Assembly: GCA_035557715.1 (NCBI GenBank)
Contig: DATMDQ010000111.1
Location: forward strand, 7,713 to 71,712
Direction of reading: 5' to 3'
Source: Gemmatimonadales bacterium
Lineage (GTDB): Bacteria > Gemmatimonadota > Gemmatimonadetes > Gemmatimonadales > GWC2-71-9
DNA length: 64,000 nt
The notes under the pieces were generated by a model. It did no database searches. It was not told where the DNA came from and saw nothing but the letters and a program-made list of their open reading frames with translations. The stretch's first letter is position 1, and each line of letters opens with the position of its first letter. Positions 30,798 to 37,828 of this stretch are shown here, in pieces. The position numbers and the translations under genes are program-made.

Positions 30798-30855
30798 GAG
30801 GGGAAAAAGAACGTAAGCGGTGAAGGAAGAACGTAAGCGGGAGAACCCCTTCACG

Positions 30856-32226
30856 CTATTTGTTTCCCGCTCCCGCTTTTTCTTTCTCCACTCCAAACCC
30901 GCAAACCCCAATTACAATGTCCATCACGTTCGTCCCGGTGAGTCCCGGCTTGATCAGGGCGCCCACCGAGCCGAGCGCCGGATAGGCGTCGTGTGCGGCG
31001 AGATCGCGAGCCGGATCCCGCCCCCGAGTCTTGATCCCGGCCCAGGTTCCGCCGTCCACCACAGCGCCGGCCGCGTCCGTTGGCCCGTCGCGACCGTCGG
31101 TGCCTGCCGCCAGCAGGGCGATGCCGTTCCTTACCCCGTCGAGCTCACGAGCCGCGGCGAGTGCCAGCTCCTGGGAGCGCCCACCGACACCGGTCGGGCG
31201 TTCGCCCAGGGTCACAGTGGTTTCCCCTCCCCAGATCAGGCAGATCGGCGAGCGGGTTGGTTGCGGGAACGACAGCCGAACGCAATTATTGACCAGACTC
31301 GCGGCTACACTCGCTCCGGCCGCCGACGCCTCCCCGGCGAGCGGCGTGTCCACCACTCGAGGAGCGAGGCCCAACTCGGTCGCACGCCTGGCCACAGCTT
31401 CGAGGGCCAGCCGGTTACTGGCTACCAGCTCGAAGGTCACCCGCGCAAAAGCCTCGTCTCCGGGCTTGGGCGTTTCTGGCGTTTTTCCCGCGACGGCGGA
31501 TGACACGAGCTCCCGGGCCGACCCGGGGATCCTGGACCAGAGCCCGACACCCTCGAGGAGGGCACGAACGTCCGACGCCGACGTGGGGTCGGGGACGCAG
31601 GGGCCGGAGCCGATCGCGGCAAGGTCGTCCCCAATGACGTCGGACACGAGGTAGACCCGGACCCGTGCCGGGGCCAGCGCTCGGGCAAGCTTACCGCCGC
31701 CCCAGCGGGAGAAGCGCTTGCGGATGCGGTTCATGGCCGTAATGTCGAGACCGGAGCCGAGCAGCAGGGTGTAGATCGCCGTGAGTTCCGCCGGCGTAAC
31801 TCCCGGCTCGGGTGCGCCGATCAGGCTCGTGGTTCCACCCGAAAGCAGCAGCCAGACCTCGTCGGCCGGCTCCACTCGGCTGGCGATTGCTCCCAGGGCC
31901 TCTCCCGCAGCGAGGGAGCCGATACCCGGCTCGGGGTGGTCGCCCTTGATCAGGCGTACGCGGGGATGAGGGCTTGGAGCCTCGCTCGGAGCGACGATGA
32001 CGCCGCCCTCGGGCTCCCGTCCACGGGAGTGGAGCACTTCCACCGCCGTGGTCGCCATCGGCAGGGCCGCCTTCCCCAGCGCCAGGAGCCAGACCCGGCG
32101 AGCGGGGTCGAGTTCCAGCTCCTGAAGACGGGCGGTCAGGGCCGGTCCGGGCGCGGCGGCGGTGGTCGCGGCTCGGTAGAGGTCGAGCATCAGCCCGCGC
32201 AGGGCGGGTCCCGGTGGATGGCTCAA
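30856..32226 (-). CDS. Glycerate 2-kinase (DUF4147/MOFRL family, GckA/TtuD type)
   Basis: 456 aa. It has a DUF4147-like N-terminus (ALGKAALPMA) and a MOFRL C-terminus (AAGTDGRDGPTDAAGAVVDG). Confidence 0.82.
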   Translation of the reverse strand: MSHPPGPALRGLMLDLYRAATTAAAPGPALTARLQELELDPARRVWLLALGKAALPMATTAVEVLHSRGREPEGGVIVAPSEAPSPHPRVRLIKGDHPEPGIGSLAAGEALGAIASRVEPADEVWLLLSGGTTSLIGAPEPGVTPAELTAIYTLLLGSGLDITAMNRIRKRFSRWGGGKLARALAPARVRVYLVSDVIGDDLAAIGSGPCVPDPTSASDVRALLEGVGLWSRIPGSARELVSSAVAGKTPETPKPGDEAFARVTFELVASNRLALEAVARRATELGLAPRVVDTPLAGEASAAGASVAASLVNNCVRLSFPQPTRSPICLIWGGETTVTLGERPTGVGGRSQELALAAARELDGVRNGIALLAAGTDGRDGPTDAAGAVVDGGTWAGIKTRGRDPARDLAAHDAYPALGSVGALIKPGLTGTNVMDIVIGVCGFGVEKEKAGAGNK

Positions 32227-32236
32227 GCCGGCCTCT

Positions 32237-32252
32237 TGTGAAAAAGTTCACA
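32237..32252. promoter_or_regulatory. Perfect CRP-family-type palindrome TGTGA-N6-TCACA
   Basis: tgtgaaaaagttcaca lies 11 nt upstream of the glycerate kinase start codon side. It sits within the 224-bp divergent intergenic region shared with the aminotransferase gene. Confidence 0.4.
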
Positions 32253-32450
32253 AAGTGTTACAGATGGAGTGCGCATAAATATCCAGGGCACGAAAAGAGT
32301 CTAAGGGTCAAGGTTCGAAGGTCAGAGCAATACCGTCTCGTGACCTCTAGAGTCTAGTCTCTGCTCCCAGATTCGGAATTGTTCGACTTTGACCCTGGAC
32401 CCTGGACTCTAGACCCTCTACGGCTCCACTCCAAAACGAGGTCCCCCCAC

Positions 32451-33716
32451 ATGGCCGGCCGCAACTTCCTCTTCGTACCCGGGCCCACCAATGTGCCCGA
32501 CCGGGTTCTCCGCGCCATGCACCGCGCCATGGAGGATCATCGCTCCTCCGACTTTCCGGCCCTGGCGGCACCAGTCCTCGAGGACCTGAAGAAGATCTTC
32601 AAGACCACATCCGGCCAGGCGTTCATCTTCCCCTCGAGCGGAACGGGAGCCTGGGAAGCTTCGCTGTCGAACACGCTCTCGCCCGGAGACCGGGTGCTCG
32701 CCTCCCGCTTCGGCATGTTCAGTCACCTCTGGATCGACATGGCGCAGCGCCTGGGACTGCAGGTGGATGTCATCGACGCCGAGTGGGGAGAGGGTGCACC
32801 GATCGAGCGGTACCAGGAGGCGCTGGCGGCCGACAAGGCTCACGCGATCAAGGCGGTCCTGTTCACCCACAACGAGACCGCCACCGGGGTCACCAGCGAT
32901 GTGGCTCCCATGCGCCGCGCGCTCAACGACACCAAGCATCCCGCTCTCCTGATGGTGGACGGCGTAAGCTCGATCGGCAGCATCGATTTCCGGATGGACG
33001 AGTGGGGTGTTGACCTTGCCGTCACCGGATCACAGAAGGGGCTCATGCTTCCCGCCGGGCTCGGCATCGTGGCCGCCAGTCAGAAGGCGCTCGCCCTGTA
33101 CGACCAGGCCAAGCTGCCGCGAGTGTTCTTCGATTTTGGCGACATGCGGAAGGCGAACACAACCGGCTACTTCCCTTACACGCCGTCGCTCCCGCTGCTC
33201 TACGGTCTGCGCGAATCCCTGGCCGTCCTGATGGAGGAGGGCCTGGAAAACGTGTTCGCCCGCCACCATCGGCTCGCCGAGGGGACCCGGCAGGCCGTGA
33301 AGGCGTGGGGGCTGGAGCTGTGCGCCCGGGCGCCGAAGTGGCACTCGGACACCGTGAGCGCGATCATGGTCCCCCCGGGAGTCAACGGTGCCGAGGTGAT
33401 CGATGTGGCCTATCGGCGCTACAACCTCGCGCTGGGCGCGGGCCTCGCCCGCATGGCCGGAAAGCTGTTCCGCATCGGTCACCTGGGCGACCTGAACGAG
33501 CTCCTGCTAATGGGCGCACTCGCCGGCGCCGAAATGGCCATGCGCGATGTGGGGATGAAGATTACGCCGGGGAGCGGTGTCGCCGCGGCGGAAGAGTACT
33601 GGCGCAGCACGGCCGCCCCATTGCCGAAGCGCGAGCTCCCTCCGCGGGCGCCCGACGCGCAGCCGGCCCAGGCATCCGGTGGCAAGGCCAAGGCCACCGC
33701 CGGCGCCAGCCGATGA
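32451..33716 (+). CDS. sga: Serine--glyoxylate / alanine--glyoxylate aminotransferase (class V)
   Basis: The start at 32451 gives MAGRNFLFVPGPTNVPDRVLRAM. The PLP-lysine region TGSQKGLMLPAGLG is present. The specific substrate call relies on gene context. Confidence 0.85.
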   Translation: MAGRNFLFVPGPTNVPDRVLRAMHRAMEDHRSSDFPALAAPVLEDLKKIFKTTSGQAFIFPSSGTGAWEASLSNTLSPGDRVLASRFGMFSHLWIDMAQRLGLQVDVIDAEWGEGAPIERYQEALAADKAHAIKAVLFTHNETATGVTSDVAPMRRALNDTKHPALLMVDGVSSIGSIDFRMDEWGVDLAVTGSQKGLMLPAGLGIVAASQKALALYDQAKLPRVFFDFGDMRKANTTGYFPYTPSLPLLYGLRESLAVLMEEGLENVFARHHRLAEGTRQAVKAWGLELCARAPKWHSDTVSAIMVPPGVNGAEVIDVAYRRYNLALGAGLARMAGKLFRIGHLGDLNELLLMGALAGAEMAMRDVGMKITPGSGVAAAEEYWRSTAAPLPKRELPPRAPDAQPAQASGGKAKATAGASR

Positions 33717-34672
33717 GTCATACCCGCTACGAGCCGGCCCGGGCCCGGCTGCAGCGCAGTGAGCTAGCCGTGCCGGGCTCACAGCCGGCCATGTTTCCCA
33801 AGGCGCTCGATGGCGAGGCGGACTACGTCTTCCTCGATCTCGAGGACGCCGTGGCTCCCGGGGACAAGCAGCAGGCCCGGCTCAACGTGATCGCGAGCCT
33901 GCTGAAGGATGACTGGCGGGGGCGGGGCAAGACCATCTCCGTCCGGATCAACGGGATCGATACCCACTACATGTATCGCGACGTGGTGGATGTGGTCGAG
34001 CAGGCGGGGCACCGATTGGATACGCTGCTCATTCCCAAGGTCGGCGTCCCCGCCGACGTCTACCTGGTCGACGCCCTGCTGACCCAGATCGAGGAGGCCA
34101 AGGGCATCCCGCACCGCATCGGTATCGACGTCCTGATCGAGACGGCGCTGGGCATGGCCAACGTTGAAGCGATTGCCCAGTCGAGCCCGCGGCTGGAGGC
34201 CATGCACTTCGGCGTTGCCGACTACGCCGCCAGCTGCCGGGCGCGCACCGTCAACATCGGCGGGCTCAACCCTGACTATCCGGGCGACCAGTGGCACGCG
34301 GCGCTCTCCCGGATGATCGTTGCCTGCCGGGCGTATGGCCTCCGGGCCATCGACGGACCTTTCGGGGATTTCAAGGATCCCGATGGGTACAACCTTGCCG
34401 CCCGCCGGGGTGCGGCACTTGGCATCGAGGGCAAGTGGGTGATCCATCCCTCACAGGTCGCACTCGCCAACGATGTGTTCACCCCGCCCCCCAAGGAAGT
34501 CGAGCGGGCCCGGCGGATTCTGGATGCGCTGGATCAGGCTGCTCGCGAGGGCCGGGGCGCGGCCCAGCTGGATGGCCGGATGATCGACGCGGCGTCGGCG
34601 CGGATGGCGCGGAATGTGGTGGATACGGATGCGGCCATCAACGGACGCACACCGGCTACGCTGTCGTCCTGA
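33713..34672 (+). CDS. mcl: Malyl-CoA lyase (HpcH/HpaI / CitE-like CoA ester lyase)
   Basis: The true start at ATG 33713 overlaps the sga stop. It has a CitE-like fold with motifs FLDLEDAV, IETALG and DGPFGDF. The 455-aa ORF-track form is an over-extension. Confidence 0.82.
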   Translation: MSHTRYEPARARLQRSELAVPGSQPAMFPKALDGEADYVFLDLEDAVAPGDKQQARLNVIASLLKDDWRGRGKTISVRINGIDTHYMYRDVVDVVEQAGHRLDTLLIPKVGVPADVYLVDALLTQIEEAKGIPHRIGIDVLIETALGMANVEAIAQSSPRLEAMHFGVADYAASCRARTVNIGGLNPDYPGDQWHAALSRMIVACRAYGLRAIDGPFGDFKDPDGYNLAARRGAALGIEGKWVIHPSQVALANDVFTPPPKEVERARRILDALDQAAREGRGAAQLDGRMIDAASARMARNVVDTDAAINGRTPATLSS

Positions 34673-34729
34673 GCGTAGCGAAGGAGCCATAACGTGGCTT
34701 CGGCTCCCTTCCTTCGCTTGGGATGACAT
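34663..34729. repeat. Second copy of the REP-like hairpin element, inside the mcl-mtkA junction
   Basis: The sequence gtcgtcctgagcgtagcgaaggagcc ... ggctcccttccttcgcttgggatgacat has an inner GCCA-taacg-TGGC hairpin. It shares the CCTGAGCGnAGCGAAGGA core and the GGATGACAT end with 1459-1525. The left arm contains the mcl stop codon. Confidence 0.5.
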
Positions 34730-34743
34730 ACAAGGAGATCTCA

Positions 34744-35946
34744 GTGGATATCCATGAGTACCAGGCCAAAGAGCTCCTCGCCGGATTCGGCGTCGCCATC
34801 CCCCGCGGCGGCGTCGCGTACAGCCCGGAGCAGGCCGTCTACCGCGCCTCCGAGATCGGCGGGTCGCGCTGGGCGGTGAAGGCTCAGATCCACTCCGGAG
34901 CCCGGGGCAAGGCGGGCGGCATCAAGCTCTGCTCCAACGAGGACGAGGTCCGGCAGGCCGCCAAGACGCTGCTGGGGAAGCGGCTCGTCACCCATCAAAC
35001 CGGCCCTGAGGGGCGCGTCGTCCACCGGCTCTACATCGAGGCGGCCGTTCCGATCGAGCGAGAGCTCTACCTCGGACTGGTGCTGGATCGGAAGACGGAG
35101 CGCATCATGATCGTGGCCCATCCCCAGGGCGGCATGGAGATCGAAGAGATCGCCCGGAGCGCGCCCGACTCCATCCTCCGCGAATCGGTGGAACCCGCCA
35201 TCGGCATGAGTGCCTTCCAGGCCCGCGAGATCGCGTACGGGTTGAAGCTCGCGCCCGCGCAGGTGAGCCGGGCGGTGACGACGCTGCTCGGCGCCTATCG
35301 CGCCTTCCGCGACCTGGACGCCACCATGGTCGAGATCAATCCGCTGGTGGTCACCAAGGATGGACAGGTCCTCGCACTCGACTGCAAGATGACCTTTGAT
35401 GACAACGCCATGTTCCGCCGGCCCAACGTCAGTGAGCTGCGCGACTATGCCGAAGAGGACCCCCGCGAGGCGCAGGCAGCGGAGCACGGGCTCAATTATG
35501 TCGGGCTCGATGGCGACATCGGCTGCATCATCAACGGGGCCGGCCTTGCCATGGCCACCATGGACATGATCAAGCATGCGGGTGGCCTGCCGGCCAACTT
35601 CCTCGATGTGGGCGGCGGTGCGTCACCCGAGCGGGTGGCTGCGGCCTTCCGCCTGGTGCTCTCGGATTCGAAGGTGGGGGCGATTCTGGTGAACATCTTT
35701 GCCGGGATCAACCGCTGCGACTGGGTGGCCCAGGGTGTGGTGCAGGCCGCGCGCGATATCCAGATGAAGGTGCCGCTGGTGGTTCGGCTGGCCGGAACCA
35801 ACGTGGAAGAGGGGCGCCGCATCGTGCGGGAGAGCGGGCTCCCGATCATCACCGCTGATTCGCTTTCCGAAGCCGCCGAACGTGTCGTCGCCGCGCTGAA
35901 GAGCTCGCGCGCCCAGTCCACCGCCCACGGGAACGGTGCCCCATGA
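34744..35946 (+). CDS. mtkA: Malate--CoA ligase (malate thiokinase) beta subunit; alternatively succinyl-CoA synthetase beta
   Basis: ATP-grasp SucC-like protein starting [12 protein letters not shown]. The GTG at 34744 is preceded by AAGGAG at 6-nt spacing; the ORF-track ATG at 34723 lies inside the REP element. The MtkA call rests on context and on remembered close resemblance to Methylobacterium MtkA. Confidence 0.75.
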   Translation: MDIHEYQAKELLAGFGVAIPRGGVAYSPEQAVYRASEIGGSRWAVKAQIHSGARGKAGGIKLCSNEDEVRQAAKTLLGKRLVTHQTGPEGRVVHRLYIEAAVPIERELYLGLVLDRKTERIMIVAHPQGGMEIEEIARSAPDSILRESVEPAIGMSAFQAREIAYGLKLAPAQVSRAVTTLLGAYRAFRDLDATMVEINPLVVTKDGQVLALDCKMTFDDNAMFRRPNVSELRDYAEEDPREAQAAEHGLNYVGLDGDIGCIINGAGLAMATMDMIKHAGGLPANFLDVGGGASPERVAAAFRLVLSDSKVGAILVNIFAGINRCDWVAQGVVQAARDIQMKVPLVVRLAGTNVEEGRRIVRESGLPIITADSLSEAAERVVAALKSSRAQSTAHGNGAP

Positions 35947-36857
35947 GTATCCTGATCGACGCAAGCACCCGGGTCATCGTCCAGGGCTTTACCGGCGAGA
36001 AGGCGACGTTCCACGCCCGGGAGATGATGACCTACGGCACCAACGTCGTGGGCGGCGTGACGCCGGGCAAGGGTGGCACTCGCCATCTGGACCGGCCGGT
36101 CTTCAACACCGTCAGGGAAGCGGTCCGTGAAGTAGGAGCAGAGGCCAGCATCGTCTTCGTGCCGGCCGCGTTTTGCGCCGACTCGATCATGGAGTCGGCC
36201 AGCGCCGGGATCCGGCTGGTCTGCACCATCACCGACGGCATTCCGGCCCAGGACATGATGATGGTGAAGCGTTACCTGCTTCGCTTTCCCCGCGAGCGGC
36301 GGACGACGCTCATCGGGCCCAACTGCGCCGGGATCATCAGCGCCGGCAAGGCGATGCTGGGTATCATGCCGGGGCACATCTATTCGCGGGGGAAAGTCGG
36401 CGTGGTCAGCCGCTCCGGGACCCTGGGCTACGAAGCCGCGGCACAGATGAACGGTCTCGGGATCGGCCAGACCACCAGCGTCGGCATCGGTGGCGACCCC
36501 ATCAACGGCAGCTCCTTCGTGGACATGCTCAAGCTGTTCGAGGAGGATCCGGAGACCGAGGCGGTGATGATGATCGGCGAGATCGGTGGACCGCAAGAGG
36601 CCGAGGCCGCGCTCTTCGTCAAGGACAACATGAGCAAGCCGGTGGTGGGCTACGTCGCCGGGTTGACCGCGCCCAAGGGACGCCGGATGGGCCATGCCGG
36701 GGCGATCATCTCCGCCTTCGGCGACACCGCGGCCGAGAAGGCGGAGATCATGCGGTCGGCCGGGCTGATGGTGGCGTCCAGCCCCGCCGAGCTGGGCTCC
36801 ACCGTTGCCAAGGCGCTCGCCCGGAAGCCGTCGCGCGGGAAAGTCGTCGTGAAGTGA
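35943..36857 (+). CDS. mtkB: Malate--CoA ligase alpha subunit; alternatively succinyl-CoA synthetase alpha
   Basis: 304 aa, SucD-like ([12 protein letters not shown]). The phosphohistidine loop GHAGAII is present. The ATGA overlaps mtkA. Confidence 0.75.
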   Translation: MSILIDASTRVIVQGFTGEKATFHAREMMTYGTNVVGGVTPGKGGTRHLDRPVFNTVREAVREVGAEASIVFVPAAFCADSIMESASAGIRLVCTITDGIPAQDMMMVKRYLLRFPRERRTTLIGPNCAGIISAGKAMLGIMPGHIYSRGKVGVVSRSGTLGYEAAAQMNGLGIGQTTSVGIGGDPINGSSFVDMLKLFEEDPETEAVMMIGEIGGPQEAEAALFVKDNMSKPVVGYVAGLTAPKGRRMGHAGAIISAFGDTAAEKAEIMRSAGLMVASSPAELGSTVAKALARKPSRGKVVVK

Positions 36858-37828
36858 GTCCGCGTCAAACTGTAGTTGTCACCCGCCGGCTCCCCGAGCC
36901 GGTCGAGCAGGAGCTGAGCCGCGAGTTCGATGCGCGGCTCAATCGTGACGACCGGCCGCTCGGTCCCCACGGTCTCCAGGAGGCGCTCCGCACCGCGGAC
37001 GCACTGCTCTGCACGGTGACCGATCGGCTGACCGCGGAAGTACTGAGCGCCGAGCCCCGCCGAGCCCGGCTGCTGGCCAACTTCGGCGTAGGCTTCAACC
37101 ACATCGACACCGCCGCCGCCAAAGCGCGCGGACTCGCGGTCTCCAACACACCTGACGTCCTCACCGAGGCCACCGCCGATATCGCCGTCACGCTGCTCTT
37201 GATGGCGAGCCGCCGCACCGGTGAAGGGGAGCGGCACGTGCGGGCCGGCGCCTGGACCGGCTGGCGCCCAACCCACATGCTGGGCACGCAGGTAAGCGGA
37301 AAGGTGCTGGGTCTCGTGGGTATGGGGCGCATCGCCCGCGCGGTGGCCAGGCGCGCGCACCACGGCTTCGGCATGCGGGTGATCTTCCACGATCCCTACC
37401 CGCCCACCCCGGCTGAAGCGGCCGCACTGGGAGCCGAGCCGAGAGCCAGTCTGGATGAAGTCTTGCGGGAGTCGGATTTCGTCTCGCTCCACTGCCCGGC
37501 AACCCCGGAGACCCGTCACCTGATGAACCGCGAGCGCCTGAGACGCATGCGGTCCGGTGCGTTCCTGATCAACACCGCACGGGGAGACGTGGTGGACGAA
37601 GCCGCCCTGGTGGAGGCCCTGGGCAATGGGACCATCGCCGGGGCCGGTCTCGACGTCTTCGAGAAGGAGCCGCAGGTCTCCCCGGCGTTAGTCGCCATGG
37701 AAAACGTGGTACTGCTTCCGCACCTCGGCAGCGCCACGCAGGAGACCCGCATCGCCATGGGCATGAGGGCCCTGGAGAACTTGCGCCTCTTCTTCAGCGG
37801 CGCCCCCCTTCGCGACCGCGTAGTATGA
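36854..37828 (+). CDS. D-2-hydroxyacid dehydrogenase, glyoxylate/hydroxypyruvate reductase type
   Basis: The GTG at 36854 overlaps the mtkB stop (GTGA). It has the NAD-binding motif GLVGMGRIARAVA and catalytic RGDVVDE..HLGSAT. The 551-aa ORF-track form is an over-extension. Confidence 0.85.
   Translation: MSPRQTVVVTRRLPEPVEQELSREFDARLNRDDRPLGPHGLQEALRTADALLCTVTDRLTAEVLSAEPRRARLLANFGVGFNHIDTAAAKARGLAVSNTPDVLTEATADIAVTLLLMASRRTGEGERHVRAGAWTGWRPTHMLGTQVSGKVLGLVGMGRIARAVARRAHHGFGMRVIFHDPYPPTPAEAAALGAEPRASLDEVLRESDFVSLHCPATPETRHLMNRERLRRMRSGAFLINTARGDVVDEAALVEALGNGTIAGAGLDVFEKEPQVSPALVAMENVVLLPHLGSATQETRIAMGMRALENLRLFFSGAPLRDRVV

Noticed and set aside
32306-32330. GGTTCGAAGG resembles a tRNA T-loop (GGTTCGAATCC).
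   Set aside because: No acceptor stem, D-arm or anticodon arm can be drawn around it. It forms part of the hairpin/repeat structure of the intergenic region.
34744-36857. An alternative reading is that the SucC/SucD-like pair is ordinary succinyl-CoA synthetase rather than malate thiokinase.
   Set aside because: This is not fully rejected. The pair is embedded by 4-nt overlaps between malyl-CoA lyase, hydroxypyruvate reductase and ppc, and it resembles my recollection of Methylobacterium MtkA, so I prefer MtkAB. Phylogeny and the presence of a separate sucCD elsewhere are needed to decide.
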